A stretch of 64,000 bases of DNA from contig OZ024743.1 in assembly GCA_964016885.1 (NCBI GenBank), positions 274,040,001 to 274,104,000 on the forward strand, read 5' to 3'. The DNA is from Eledone cirrhosa (taxonomy: Eukaryota). A model generated the notes under the pieces. That model saw nothing but the letters and a program-made list of their open reading frames with translations. It made no database searches and had not been told where the DNA came from. A program made the translations under genes and the position numbers. Shown here piece after piece: positions 1 to 15,480 of the stretch. Numbering within the stretch: position 1 is the first letter of the stretch; every line of letters begins with the position of its first letter.

Positions 1-368
1 TCAGCACATATATATATATATATATGTGTGCGTGTGTGACGGAAAAAATAGTTAATCTTTGTTTTTTTTTGTGTTTTTTGTTTCTTTCGATCTAAAATTC
101 CGGGACTTAAAATTCCCTTCTTCAGAGTATAAGGAACTCTCGGTATGAGGAATTCTTCAAGTGTTGCTGAGGTTTGCTTTATTATTCATGAGAAGGTGGA
201 GGATGACATCAATTCCTGATGTAACATTTCATGGAATGAATTTTCCTACGTGAGATGATTTTTAGGTTGCGTGCGTGTGGATGTGTTCTTTTATGTTAAT
301 TGTTGTGTGCAGTGTTCTATCTTATTGATTTGTGGGTTAAGTCTACGTATGAGCAAGGCATACATACG

Positions 369-402
<34 letters not shown>

Positions 403-446
403 CATGTATATGTATATATATATAACGTGTGTGTGTGTGCGCGCGC

Positions 447-534
<88 letters not shown>

Positions 535-538
<4 letters not shown>

Positions 539-822
539 GTAAGTATGTATGCGTACATACATATATGCATACAGACGTACAGTAGCATGTATATATATAC
601 ATACAGGCACACATATATATATGCATGTATCAGTTTACCGAACATTTATTATAACGCTCGGTTTGTTCGTTTGTAAACAAACAAACAGCCTGAATTACGC
701 CGTACAGTGTTTAGGCAAACACGTCACCTTTTTGTTCAACACTGACACAGGAACGATGTACTAGTTTCAAGCTTATTAGCTATCGACAGCACCGTATACA
801 TTTCTGCCAGGCTGTTTGTTTG
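535..822 (-). mobile_element. Family R fragment with mutated HHR, fused to the PLE at 824
   Basis: Matches 41590-41850; core reads CUGUCGA instead of CUGACGA (753-795). Confidence 0.78.
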
Positions 823-823
823 T

Positions 824-2492
824 TTACCTCAATGGCCAAGAAAACCCACACAGATAGATGGAACGGGTGGACCAGAGCCATACGGACACCCGAAAACCAC
901 GATGAACTGAAGAAAATGATTGCACATGCGGTAGGGGCCAGCATAAAACTAACCCTTAAGGAACATATGTTCAAATTTATTGGAAAAACATATGCCCAAG
1001 AGGAAGGAGCAGCCATTGGTGTTAGCATTGCAGGCGACATAACTAACTTATTCATGGTATGGTGGGACAGTAGACTTAAACTTAAACTTAAAGAACAATT
1101 AGAAGACCCCTTAACCCTGATAATGTAACCCTCTACGTTGATGATATAAACATCGTAGTTAAGACACCCCCACTAGAGAACAGTCAGGAACTAGAGAAAA
1201 ACACAATGGAAAGCATCCAGCAAATAGCTAACTCCATCCACCAGAGCATTAGAGTTACTATAGACTACCCAAGTAAACACCCCACCCATCGAATACCTGT
1301 ACTAGACACAGAGCTCTGGTTAGATACCATTAATAACAAAAAACAAATCCTCCATTCCCATTATGCCAAACCCATGACTTCCAAACATCTGATCCACCGA
1401 AACTCGGCCGTTTCGGACCATACCAAAATCAACATACTGATTGCGGATTTGGTACGGGTGATGAGAAACGTGTCCCGCATGTGCAACCCCGAAGAACTAG
1501 ATAGACACATACAACACTTCATCCACCGTATGCAGTTCTCTGGCTACAATCAGAGGGATAAAATCAGAGTGTATAGAGAGCCAGAACTAAATGGGAAAAA
1601 ATGGTAAATAATGACATAAATGGGACCTGCCCCTTGTATAGGAGCAAATTGTGGAATAGAATAGAAAGAACTAGGAATAAGGCTAATAGAATAAACTCAT
1701 GGTATGATAGCAATAAATACCAGAGTGTAATGTTCATCGATACAACCCCTAGAGGTGAATTAGCTTACAAATTTAGAAGGGCCCTAAATAAACATAAACT
1801 CAATATTAAAATAGTAGAAACACCAGGTACCTCCGTAAAAACAATTATTAGCAAGACATACCCTTTCCAAAGACCCTCATATATAGATAAGAAATGTATA
1901 ACCTGTAAAATAAGCCCCCATATTAACTGTAAAACTAGAAATGTAGTGTATAGCATAAGATGTACTGAAGGACAATGTAGAGACAAAAATATAGTGTACA
2001 TAGGTGAGACAGCTCGTAGTGTAGGGGAACGGATAAATGAACACTGGCGAGACCTTCAAGATAATAAAGAATCATCTGTACTCTACCAACATGCTAAATA
2101 AATAAATGAACATAAACACACACAGACACCCGGATGTGGCGCATGCGCAGACTGAGCACACAACACACACACAGAAACAAAATGGCGTAGGACAGAATAA
2201 AGGAGAGGCACAGAAACAAAGAAAGGAATCCCCAGTCACTGAAGAGGTCACAGAGTGTGTGACGAAAGAACTATGACTATATATAAACAACTATCTGGTT
2301 GTGGAACCAACCAACCAACCAGAAATTTATAAATTTATAAATTTATTATAAATTTATTATAATAAATTGAAGTGAGTGCATGTGGTGCGTGTGTTTCTTA
2401 TTGGCAACATGACCCTCCCAAAGTATAACAATATCGGTTTCAACACACGATTTCAGATAAAGAATCTTGCTAAACAAATTCAGAAACGACAT
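824..2492 (+). mobile_element. Penelope-like element family A, 5'-truncated and disabled, with 3' pLTR
   Basis: RT motifs QEEGAAIG and YVDD, thumb, CxxC linker, GIY-YIG (VVYSIRC..YIGETARS..ERINEH). Stop at 1126, frameshift near 1580, ~240-bp deletion near 2098 relative to the 27030 copy. Confidence 0.93.
2234..2278 (+). ncRNA. Minimal type I hammerhead ribozyme (family A pLTR)
   Basis: agtca CTGAAGA g gtcaca-gagtg-tgtgac GAAA gaac TA tgact; 5-bp helix I, 6-bp helix II. Confidence 0.8.
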
Positions 2493-2619
2493 ATTGTATA
2501 TTATTCGATACAAAATTTACAAACCTATATACATACAATTGTGTTGGAGCCAACACGTGGATTATATATATATAATTAACGTTAATTATATATATATAAT
2601 TATATTTCTACGTTAATTA

Positions 2620-3369
2620 TATATATATAATATAAAACTGAAATTGTCTCTGTGTGTGTGTTCTAATTTTTGCAAAGTCTATACAAATCCACATTTCTAT
2701 TCCGATTGACTTCAAACTTACATTTATATATTCCTTGCGGTCTAAAGATATTAACTGCAACTTTTATTTTTCAATTTTCTGTTGTTAAAGGCGTTTTTTT
2801 TCACTAAAACTTTAAGCCCTTTTTGTCGGCAATTTTGTCTACAATGCTCAAGAGAGACAACTCTTTAGTATTTTGAAAGAGTTACCTCTCTTTATAGACT
2901 CTATTATCCCTACTTAAACGTACATCCCTTGGAATTGTTGATGGTGTCCCCAATAGTAACTCCGAAGCGTTCGACATCCCATATAACAGTTCGGTCTATA
3001 TCAGATTGGGTAGTTTTTTGTAACCTTAAAAGTACCCAAATTCCTTCATGCTCTCCACCACTGCAGTCCCACATGCTTACTGCTCCGTAACTTTCATTGT
3101 AGCATAGCACAACAAATACATGTTCGGTTTGTCGAATGACTTTTTACTTAACCCTATCGTCTTGGCTTTCGTGGGTTGAACATTTTACTCTCAGGCACCC
3201 AATTAAGTTAAATCCCTGGTAGACTATGACAAATTTTTTTATAAGCACAAAATGTAGACACCATCCTGAGGCCGAGGTATTCCGTACTTCTCTGTACTGT
3301 TTCAGAAAGGAGAGATAAACATGCCAATCTCTGTTTAGAAGCCCGAGAAACGCCGGGCTATTCTGCAAG
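2620..3369 (+). mobile_element. Non-autonomous Helitron-like element
   Basis: 5' tatataatataaaactgaaattgtctct(gt)n; 3' GC hairpin agcccg-agaaacgc-cgggct (3340-3359) followed by attctgcaag, close to the CTRR end. Confidence 0.55.
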
Positions 3370-3414
3370 AATATATATATATATATTTATTTATTCATTT
3401 CATTTACACACACG

Positions 3415-3448
<34 letters not shown>

Positions 3449-4047
3449 CATATACATATAGTCTATCAAAGTTCTTTCTATTATGTCCCCCCCCCCCCCT
3501 TGTATTGTAATATATATTCTATTTTTTCTTTATTTATTTATTCTTGCCTCTGTTTGTGATTTTGTGGGATGGCACCCTATTGACGAGAGATTTCTAGTTG
3601 TTCGATCAAAGGAATGCACAACTCGGGAAATTAACTGGAAAGTGATTGAACATGTCACAGGCACGTGAGCCCTTAACGTACCTCTCGTAATTCTGTGGGA
3701 GATTAACATGATTAAATGTCAAGTCTGACCTGTTGTATTACGGGTACAAACGAAAATTGTGTTATCGAATTTTCGAATTTATAATTGCTAACAGCGTCCA
3801 TTGTAAGTGTATGTGTAAATGTTAGGTATGTGTAATCCTTAAGATTTATTACAAATTTCTTTGTCGAATTACAGCCAGTTACTAACACCTTGGCACGTCT
3901 ATTTTCTTTTCTGCTATATATTTCCTCATATTTACGAATATGACAGTGAGGTGTGTACATATATGAGTAAACATGTGTTATTATGCTTCCATTCATGTGA
4001 AGGATGTAAATACCTAGCACATATGTGTGTGTTTGCTTTTTTAATGA

Positions 4048-4151
<104 letters not shown>

Positions 4152-4159
4152 GTGTATGT

Positions 4160-4560
4160 ATGGTCGGCGACTAAACCGGCAACCCCACCAAGTTTACTTG
4201 GTGAGGAGGGTGATTTTGGACACCCTGCAGGACAAAAAACAAAACCTGAGAAAGGGCGGAAGAACTCATAAGAGTCAATGGCGATCCAAAAGTGTGTAAA
4301 TATGTATATACACATGTACTGATCGGTTAAACCACAGGGAGTGAAGGACCCCTAGCCTTTGCCAGGGCATTCTTCTAGGAGAAGGCAACTCAGGACACTG
4401 GGATAACTCCGATATAAAACCTGCGGTTCAGTAGTTAGCGATGATGTTGATCTTTTCTTCTTTTCGGGTTGTATCTACTGTCAATCAGAGAGTGGGATTG
4501 GCTCAGTGCGCAGTTTTTCCTCACTTTAAAAAATATCTTCACTCACAGGCATTGACGATA
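4160..4560 (+). repeat. Dispersed repeat (probable LINE 5' UTR), copy 1
   Basis: Clearly similar to the reverse complement of 37255-37585; adjacent to (TG)n. Confidence 0.7.
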
Positions 4561-4694
4561 GAATTAGTTAATAATTATTAATAATGTTATATCGTGCAAT
4601 CGCCATACTCGATAACGAGGGGGCAGCCATCATTGTATGTATGTGTTATTAAATATCTATTACTTCTCAGTTGACGTCGGTCACTAACAAAATG

Positions 4695-4727
<33 letters not shown>

Positions 4728-7700
4728 GCCTACGTATATGTCTACCTGTCAGTCAGTTTGCCAAGCTCTATATCTGTATGAACGTATATGTACGTACCAT
4801 TAATTATTTGGATTTGGACAATATAAGTTGGCTTCCTTTTGAATCCACCAGAACTTATAGGTTTCCATATAAATACGTTGTTTCATGACTGACAGTATCT
4901 CACATATGCAATATAATGAGTTGAAATCTAAAATCGTCGATTCAATTGGTATGAAGAATTTCACACTAGGGACATTTCAAAACTGAAAGCAGTAATCTGT
5001 TTTTTCAGATAACGTTTTCTTCCATCTAAACGAGTGCGAAGCAAAGATCTGCAACATAGCACATAGATATATACATGCACATAAACCTCCATCGATTTTC
5101 AAATATCTAGATAAATGTGATTGAGCGTTTATGTACAGATCTATATGAATATACATACTCGAAGAAGAGAAATAATAATTGGTGATCGTGCCATATACAT
5201 ATCGATAGAAATTGACTATATTAAACTAGTTACCTATTATTATAATTTGAATATGCTATCTATCTACAATATGGCAGCATTTTAGAATAAACTTTTAAAT
5301 GTGATTTTTTTTATTAAGTAAGCACCATTGACTACACCATTATGAACACACATTTATGAAGTAGCTCGTTAGTTAAATGTAAGTTACGTATTTCTAGATT
5401 ATATAAATACACAAGAAAGACATGTAATATATGACTAAATGATATATGAATCAATGAATCATTTCCCTGCTTTTAACTATATAAAACAATATATATCGAT
5501 GATGAATTACGAATACATTCGGAAATAACAATTCATATTTTCAATTGTTCTTATTGAATTATGAGAGAATGTAAGAATTCAATTGACATGGACACGGACA
5601 TGTTGTAACCCTTCTAATTTATTATTATTCTTTAAATAGTTTTAATGTTATTGGATGCATCCATTCCAAAACTGATAGTAACTTACAGTTATTTGCGTAC
5701 GAATAATTTTCCTGTCGCTCTGTCTTTCCCCGTTGTATTTTCGGTACTGGCGCTCATAAATGCAGTGCCTCATATTGTAACCCCCCCCCCCCTCGCTCTC
5801 TCTCTGTTTACGGTTCATCATTCTTAAGGCGTATTGTATGCGATCGTCTTCACATTTTGCCTATCTCTATTTCCAAATTTTTCATAATTAAATGGCCTCT
5901 TCATTATTTTCATTTTATTAGTCGTTGGACTTAATATATCGATTAGCAAACATTTTCTTATTGGTCTTTTATATTTGATTTATTTATAGGTATGATCCTT
6001 TGGGATATGTATCTCAGAGTATAGTGACTTTGTCATTGTCTGGGACATTTCGTGATGCATGTTTATATATGGTGTCATTCACCACCAACTTCTTTCCCAC
6101 GGTTGGATGTTAACACTGGCTATCTGCTCGATTTGAACCCCTTGATGTAATCTGTGCTTTTAACGCAAAGAGTCGAAACAATAATTCCGCTAACTCACCG
6201 CCCATTATTTGTGTACACTGAAATGTTGAAAGGCAAATTAGAGGTCGGAGGGATTTAATTTCAGGCAGAACAAATGACACGATGCAAACAATTCGGTACT
6301 TTAATAATTCTGGGACTTTACGACCTTGTTCTCTGTTGGAATTTCATAATTCCTGGAAGTTTCCAAACGAAAATTTTCCAGTATGTTTACTTATTTGTCA
6401 CTGTATAGCTGGAAACAATTCAGCCATTTTTTCTTCACAATCTCTGCACGTTATGCCATTATCTTTTGCATACTGTTTCAAAGACTTGAGATGGATTTCG
6501 TCAAGGTCCCCCTAACAGATATTCTTTGATATTAGCGTGAGATCTGGTTTTGCTTTTCAATATGTTTATTTAGTTTCATTTTAGCAGGCATGGTTGCTAT
6601 TGGACATTTAAGTGTTTCTTTTCCCAGCATTTTAGCATACCATTTTGAAAGCTCATTAAAGTTTGTTTTGCTTTTTAAATCTTTGGATTCCTTCTAACAT
6701 GCTTGAGATTAACATGCATTTATATCACTTCGACCGCTTCTATCAAATCCCGCTAGTCCCAAAAATATAAGGATAGAGCAACTTTTATACCTGCCTATTT
6801 GGAACACGTGATTTTTGTGTTAACAAAACAATGTTGCTACATAAATTCTGCGCTCCCCTCTCCATTCAGCTACAATATGGAATGAATGAGGCAGGAAGAA
6901 AGACAATGATAATAACAGATTATGCACTTGATGACTTTTAGTGTAAAAGAAGTTCATTAAGATAAAAAGAATTAGTTTGTTGAATTATTTATTTTTGAAA
7001 CAGAAAACACAAACCTTGAATATAGTGGAATTAATTACACTCCATAACCTCGCGTTTTGATTTTTCTCTTTTCTATTTTTCAGAACTCAAAAATTATATC
7101 TATAACCCTGTATGAATATAGATTTAAATGTTGACAGGAATCGATAATACATTGCTTAAAATATAATTATAAAAACCGTATTTTTATTGTGTATGTCCAT
7201 GAATTGTTTGGGGGCTATGTTTTTATATCTCTGATGATATGGTAATGCGCATTATAGCTTAATATCTTTCTTGTCGTATCAACAGTAAGGCGGTGAAATG
7301 TTTTGTGGTGCCGTGATGTGAACACTCCTTTCTTACCTCTTTCACATAGCCTATTCTGGGAGAGAGGAAGAGAGAGAGAGAGAGAGATAATGTGGAATAT
7401 GATACCGGCGTTGAGGGATATTATATTACGCAAAGAGTTGAAAGGCAATGTTTGCTGCAGACGAGTTACATCAGAATGGCTCGGAGTGCCGCAATAAATA
7501 CACAGGCAATGCTTTTCGACAATCTAACCACTCTGCCAATTCACCGTCTAGCCGTGATATCTACTTTAAGTACACAAGTATCATCTCGCTTGTCTAAGTT
7601 CAAAATCTACATCTGAATACCCTAATTCTAACAAAGAGGAACTGGATTAAATTGCGACAGATCGAAAATGCTCAAGACATGCCGTATATCATGACGGTGC

Positions 7701-10700
7701 AACTACGAGTCCTTGAGAAGGTCCGAGCCAGTGAATCCATAGTCAATTTGTAATTCATGCAAATGATTATATATCGTAGAATTGATCTTTTACATAAAAA
7801 ACACAACGTTCAATGTTTTACTTTTGAAAATATGCTATTGATTATATATATTAATTTACATTCAGTTAAGTTTACAAACAACATGACTGTGTTAGCCCTT
7901 TTACACAGTCTCTAACTGTAATAGCTATTATATTTTAATAAGTTTAGTTTTAGATAACTAACATTGTGTTCAGTATATTTAAATTCGGAGGAAAAGTAGA
8001 AAATATTTAAACATATCACCTGCTCGACGAAATTATTTTGCATAAATTAATATTGGATTTATTCTTATCATGCATCTGTTTAATTCGCAACTTTGGGGAA
8101 AAAGAATAAGCACTAGGTAAACCGCGATGGCAAATCATTTGATACATCTAATTACATTTACAGGCATGATGCAGTTTAGAAATTCGTGAATCTCATATAT
8201 CGTTTTCTAACGTTCACAAAGTATAAGATTTGGTACCCAGTGGAAGAGAAAATATTAAATAATTCCTTCTTTCATCATCTTAAAATTTGCCTGGCAGCTC
8301 TTCGGTTATGACAGAACATTTACTATTACTAATATACATGTGAATTTAACCGACATGACACACGCACTTCTCTGGGATGTTAATTGTTTGTTTTGTCAGA
8401 GGAAATCACTCTTTTACACGAATTACTAATTATTATAATTTCGTGTCAGTATAAAATATTTCCATTATTTCACAACACATTCAAACCGCAAGCAGTTTTC
8501 GAATCTTGGATTGTTTTTTGTAGAAGTATAAACATTTTGAAAAGCTCGAAATAGTGTTAGAACAATTGGCAAGATTTGTGACTGGTGCTTCAATTAAAAT
8601 ACTTGAAAGTGACACACATTGCTCAGTAGAGCAATTAAGTCAGCGTAACAAAATAGAAACCACTACATGCATATTGCTATTGTTTCTCTTCCTATTGTTT
8701 AACACGATGTAAAATATGATCCAAATATTAGTGCTCAGCATCGTGACATTGTTAAAATAATTAATATTAATTAATATTAATAATGATAATATATTTCTAC
8801 ATTGGACACAAGGCCAGCAATTTGTGCCAAATCACTGCTCTCATAATAATGGTTTCTGATTTAGTTACAAGACCAACAAATTTGGGGAAGGGAAAAGTTT
8901 ATTCAATCGACCCGAGTGAGTTACTGATACTTTATTTTATTGAGCCCGTAATGATGAAAGACAAAGCTAACACGACAGGACTTAAAGCCAGAACGTAAAT
9001 GGCAGTAATTGTATACTGCAAAGCATGTTGTCTGACTCGGTACTGCCAATCTACTGACATCATATTAATAATAGTTATTATTATTATGATATTGATTCTG
9101 CATGTGAGAAATTATTTATATTATAGTATTCTCGCAATCGTGATGTCTATATTCTTGGAGTGCAGTACGTCGCATTCATAGCAATATTCTCTTCTTCCTC
9201 ATAACATCAAAGGCTTCATAATAGCAGGAAGATCCCTTAGTGTATTGTTTTAATTGTCGAAGTACGCAAACATTTCTACAATGCAACAAGCACCTCAACC
9301 AAACGACATCCTACTAATCCATTGCCAAAAGAATGTATCAGAACAATTTTAACATTTTACAATAAACATATATTGAAGTGTGGGTCTTAGTTTAAAGATT
9401 ATCGAAAATTCAGCTATAATTTCGAGTTATTACATAACACTCATTTATCATGCACCTTAATAAAATATAACAATATAAAACATTCCTATTTCAACTGCCA
9501 TACAATTGATGACTCATACATACATTATTTTCATCATCAACAAGAACTTGAACAAAACCAACTGGATAGACGGATACTATGTAGTAGGTAGTCAGATGGA
9601 CACTTTCTGTTGTTGGGGAGAGACGTAATCCGTCAACCACTTAGAATTGAGGTGCTTTTGTAAGCATATGGGTTGAGTTTACGATTTATAGATCACGTAA
9701 TATGTCGACCCACAAATTTCTCCTTCGGGAAACCTTTAATTGTAGATTTGTTCCCTTTTCTCATCTCATCTAGAAATCTCTGCAAAGGATCATAGTTACT
9801 GCCCTTCTTCTGCTAAATAAACCATTAGGAAAATGTTCATGACTTAGCATTAGGATGTTGGTAATATATGTATAAAATGAATAGTTCATTATGGTATTTG
9901 ATCTTCGAGAACTCATAAATGTTGCAGCTCCCACAGTCAACATATTATTTGAAAATGTGCAGCCTCGTGGCATTGTGAGTAATTCTAAAAAATATAGGGA
10001 TATTTACAAATTTGGGGGAGCTGAGGCGATATAGTATTTAGTTCAATTCATCTGTGTTTTGAATTTAACTCACGCCAGGTTTCGAATTTTGGTACTCATT
10101 GTTTATCCTCATGATGGTTGTGAGGGAGAAAACTTATAAAAGCTCTCCAGTTATGATATTCCTATATTTTTCTACGTTATATTGTCAATCGCATTCATGA
10201 TACCTTTTAATTTGGGTATTAGATACAATCTGCCGCCAGGTTCAACATAGTCTTTCGCCATTCGCTGATGTTAGCAAAACCCATTTTAATTTAATTATTT
10301 TCTTCCAGTTTGATAACATCTTTCCCTGGTCCCATTAGTTTTTTAAGCTCCAGAAAACATTCCAGAATGATTCCCTTCCTAACATAACACTCACTAAACA
10401 GAGATATTTAATTGCTTTATCTAGTAAGTCGATTGATCATATGAGTTCCACCTGTATTTTATTCTTCTGTATTCTGTAAGATATCATTCAAATATAGGTT
10501 CTTAATTAATGGACACCAAAGGGTGTGTTCCTGTGAGAATTCATACATATGAATTTAGCGCTACACATAACATTTTTATGCCTCTATATTTTAGTTAAAA
10601 GTGAGATACTTTCAGAAAGATATTTTAATACATGGATATTGATTTATATTATTAAATAGCTTCATAACTATGTGCACAGATATCTATATTATATTGCAGC

Positions 10701-12711
10701 GAATTAGCAAAGTCGTTAGAAATTCAGATAGAGTGCTTTGCGGTATTTGTTCTGTTTTTCTACTCCCTGAGTTCAATTCCCGCCGAGATCAACTTTGCTT
10801 TTCATCTAGTTGAGGTCTATAAAAAGTATCAGTCAAGTACTGGAGTCGATTCTGCCTCTATATCTCCTTCTCACTTCCATTCTTTGATTTTCTAACTTTC
10901 TCTGGAAGAAATAGTCTATATTCAGACATAGAGAGCAGATGGGCTCCACTAGGTTTTAACAAATGTCTAGAAACGTTGTATGTCAATACAGTTCCCCTAC
11001 AACTCCCTCATAATTACTGGATAATACTTACATGCACATTTCCAACGAGCCAATAACTGATTAATGCTGTTTCCGATAAGAAACTGTCTTTAACACACAC
11101 AAACATAAATATTGCAAGGGGCCTCGTATCTGAAGCACTGATAATTTTCTTTAGTTTTCCTCGATATGCCCCGTATTTTTGCCGATATTCCTCGTGTCTG
11201 TTGAATTGAGCTTCTGTTTAATTTTTATATATATTATCCATTAGATATATTTATAATGATGATATTTATTTCTTTACGCGTTTTACACTTACCAGTCAAC
11301 GACCTCCTGAATCAAGGCCCTTAAGGATATAGCAATGTTTAAGTGTTTTTCGGAATCGTCGATTTAAAGGAGACTCAATAGTCCTACTTTCATATATGTG
11401 TTCTAATACTACATGAATATATTTTATCTAATCACTGAATTTCTCACATTTGATTTCTTATAGCATTTATTCCACTAGAATCTGTGCATAGTACCAGTCA
11501 TCTACTACTCATGTTTTGCCGTCAATTCAGTTATATGTGTGTAATAGACTGATTAGTATGATTTGCGGAATATTTGGCTGTTATTTCGAAAGTTTCAAAT
11601 GACTACGTAGAGGCTCAATTTCTCGCCTTCATTTTGATATGGACTGAATCCTGAAAAGACTGCATTATAAGGTCATACTATCTTTACTTTTCACCTAGGG
11701 GTGTATTCCAGTGTATTATCAATAGTCTTTGTATTAGGAGTATATCATATATTAAGCTGATGAAAATATACTACATATAAAATGACTAATATTTAAAAGA
11801 TATACTACATACATGATATATGTAGATACCGTAGGTTTACATACAGACATAATGTATTCAGATACTGTAGGATTACAAGTGTTCATGTAAGGAACAGTAA
11901 AATAATAAAAGGCTTCGATTCGTCTTTCTAAAAAGGTCATACACGCAGAGATTGCATTTCGCCCCAGTACTTGTGGAGACATTCAGTCTCTTGTGGCCCC
12001 AGGGTGCCGTTTTTTCTCCACGTGAGAATAATGCCGCCTCATATGGAATCGGTCAGGATGCAAATATTGATAAATGGTATTTTTGGCAAGGCTTTTGTCA
12101 TCTTGCCCGTGGAGTCCTTTATTTCCAATGATGGTATGAAAGAAATACAGAACGTGCACAGATTAGAAACAACCTGGTGTATGATTTAGAACAGATATAT
12201 TAAAATAGCAATACTTAATCACCATCAAATATGAGATATTGTGCTCAGCTTTACTTTTTGTGATGTATATTAGAAATGCTGGAAATAATATATAACAAAA
12301 AATATATATATATTCTTTCCAAATGTCACTTCAAATTGAACAGTTTTGTAAATCAAAGTGTCTATGGAATTGAATACGTATTCGTCATAGTGGCAGAAGG
12401 GGAGCAAAGAAATAGAATGTAATATAATTTCTCGAGATATATTGCTAATAAGTAAATCCGATTTATTTTCATCGACAAAACCATTTGATTACATAAAGCA
12501 GAACTACATGCTTCATGTAAAAGATAACAAATGTCATGCCATGAATTGTAACACCATGACATTTTGATTTTAAATATTACTGTTTAGAGAACGGCTGATG
12601 CATACAAAAACAAATGTATCACATATTTTGGGATATTAAAATTAAAACCTAAATACACAATCACAACACACATTTATACTTAGCTTCTAACATATATCAT
12701 TTTTAGTCTAA

Positions 12712-13140
12712 CTATGCATCTGTGCTGTCACGACAGTGCCGGTCGCCTTCCACGCTATGCTGCTCTCAACGACGTCAAAAAGCATGCCTTGGATGCTGCA
12801 GGCTTCCCCTCCCAGCTCGAGCCGGCGGGGATGAACCGAGGGGACGGCAAAAGGCCAGGCGCATGTTTATTTTCCTGTTCTGCGGTGGTAAACCCCTTAT
12901 CTGGGACCCACATGCAGCGACACATTCGCCAGTGGCAATCTGATACAGTCTGCGACTAACCCAGGCTCTGATGCACATCAGGCGGAGGAGGGTAAACTCT
13001 CTAAATATCGGTTGCTCTCGGACAGGTTTACGGTCGAGCCCGTAAAAGTGGAGACTTCTGGTAGGCTTGTCTCTAGGCTTGACACTAGTGTGCTGGAATG
13101 TCTCTTCCAGCGCGTCCCCCTCACCATCCTTCAGTGAAAT
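12712..13140 (+). mobile_element. CRE-clade-like non-LTR retrotransposon, restriction-like endonuclease fragment
   Basis: LCCHDSAGRLPRYAALNDV.K.AL..AGFPSQLEPAGM.RGDGKRP, then GKPLIWD and P.KVETSG in shifted frames; GC-rich island. Confidence 0.72.
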
Positions 13141-13479
13141 GCCTTCCATATTTCGTTCACCGGAGATGCAGGGCCTCCAGCGCGTGGGAGGCCATTTGCT
13201 CATAATAGAGATGTTCCGGGAGTGACGGAGGCAGTGACAGTGGGAGTTTGGTTCCTTTATGTTCGGACCTGGTGTATATATGTTACACGGCGTTTATCTC
13301 TTCACACACACACACAACAACATCATGTGAGCAGATAAAATCCATTCCTATACCTGTGCCCTGTAGTAGTTATTCCATATATATAAAAATAAGGTCTTTG
13401 TGTTATGAGTTGGCTTCTTTACCAATATCTGGTGGTTAATTTCGTCTTTGCTTCTCCAATATTGACACAACCTAGTTGT

Positions 13480-15480
13480 TATTTGTTGTAGATGTCCAAA
13501 ACATTGACTAATGGTTTTATTATCCATCTATGATATTCGTGCAATTTTGTGTAGTCACTGTCAAACAGGTTTTGAAGATTCTTAGTTAATGACCATATTT
13601 CACCACCAATACATTAGAGCACACGCTATTCTTGCTCTGAAGAAATTATGCTTCAGGTCTTGATTTAGATTTAATTAGAAAAGTTATTGGCATTTTGTTA
13701 ACTGCAGAGCAGAGTTATATCAGCCGTAATATTCTTAATTGAGTTCGTTATCCCCGCTAAGATATTTGAAATCTTTTACCTATTTAAACGTCTACCTATT
13801 TAAAATAATGACCACCGGGGGCATATTATGAGAGATGAACTAAGTTTGTGTCTCATTCAGGTATGGATAACTTGGCGCAGCTGCAATTTCCACTATTTTA
13901 AGAGAAGTTATCTAGATCAGTGAACAATTCAATATCATCAGCAACTTATAATATCTGTATTTATAATTATTTTAGTTGGAGGTTTTAGTAGACTGATAAC
14001 TGCAGCAAATTTTATAAAATTACCTAATGCTATAGCGAAAAATTAATGTAAAGGTGTGTATCTTTGGAACACACCTTCAAATATTTTTTAACATCTAAGT
14101 GTCACCATCCGGTGAGGATAACTTGGGCATTGATAATATTGCTGCTTTTATTTTATTTTATTTTATTTTATCATTATTACATTTTTTTTTTTACCATATG
14201 AATTTAAAATTTACGTTAGTTTTTCGGTATTATTATCAGCGGAGGCTGTTCTGAAATCCACAAACTCCAGCAATAATCTTAATGAAATAACTGCGCCATA
14301 GTTGAGAGATTTGACAGTTCTGCATGGTATTGACTCGAGAAAATTCTCATCGATCTCCAAACGATGATTTAGAAGTTAGTCAATATGCTGTTGCAACCTG
14401 TCGATTTTCTCCTTTGGTTGCCTGAGAAGCGATTTTCCATCTCTTGTTCTTAGTGGATACGTAGCCGAAGATGAAGGCTAATCGATCTTGCGAAGGAGAT
14501 TATGCAGCAGCTTGGTATTGTTGCTATCGCAGGCAGACAGTATTCCATCAGCCCTGACATTATAGCATGTCACTTGTATGTTTATCAACCGTTACTGGAC
14601 ACAAGGTTTTAATCTTTGCATGCATTTATGCATTTTATTTCTTCAGTGACAGAGATGCCACCTTTGAACAAGGTTGAAAGTGTTTCCTTCTTTACCAATA
14701 GTAACGTGCTTCTTTTCTTGTCCTTCTAGTCGAAGCACTCTAGGTGTTTTCGTTTAGCAAACCCAAACACATCAGCACAAATATTCTTCCAAAGCATTTC
14801 CAGTTATTTTCTCATTCCATCTCATCCAGCTTCTGGACAAGTTCGGCTTTCATCTTAATGTAATTCAGGCAGATAACACCCAGCTTCGTCAGAATTGTGA
14901 GACCCTTGCACTTAATGGCATTATTATAAACTTAACCTTTTCTCCTGTCCAACATTCAGTACCTCGCATCACACAAACGATGCACACGTCACAAGGGTCA
15001 CACCTGTGTGTTATGAAATAGTTTATTAGATGCCAAAGTTTAGAGCCAGGAGACATCCAGTTGCCCTTACATTTATGTTTCATTTAGAACATAGTATCGA
15101 AAATACATAAATCAAGTTCGGCGGCGCACATTTGAGGCCGATGAATCTCATTGTATTTGCATCTGCACATGCCATGCTTACCAAGATACTCCCATGCCCC
15201 AAAGTCTATACCTATTCGTGAATTAGATTCACCAAGGATGATTAATTGATCATCACAAAAAACATTTGGAACGATTCCTTTTAGAGCTATGTAGCAGAGC
15301 TTCTTTTCATCGAGTGCATACATAATAGGAGCAAAAATATCAATAATCCGTCTAATTTAGAACCCTAAATCGGACAGAATTTGAATGTTAACAACAGTGT
15401 ATGCCTAATATCGAATTTTCGAAGCGCTGAGGAGTTATGGAGTTCATTGCAAATGTAGGAATTTCGGAGGCAGCAAATAG
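13480..15480 (-). mobile_element. Heavily decayed RTE-like LINE remnants (APE and RT; possibly two elements)
   Basis: ILGESNSRIG (LGDFNA-like) and CAAELDLCIFDTMF in 15084-15323; PDGDT..GV.Q near 14060-14115; ADDI near 13930. Confidence 0.55.

Noticed and set aside
88-130. CTGAAGA a ggga..tccc GGAA on the - strand
   Set aside because: GAAA is mutated and helix I is only ~2 bp; possibly a decayed HHR but unsupported.
254-290. DDF(L)GCVRV-like upstream C2 exon of BAIAP3
   Set aside because: Reads GAT GAT TTT TAG with a stop, lacks suitable splice sites, and lies in repeat-like sequence.
2430-2462. CTGAAA..GAAACCGATA on the - strand as a hammerhead
   Set aside because: Core lacks G8 without a compensating U3 and has no helix I; it is the antisense of the PLE N-terminal coding sequence.
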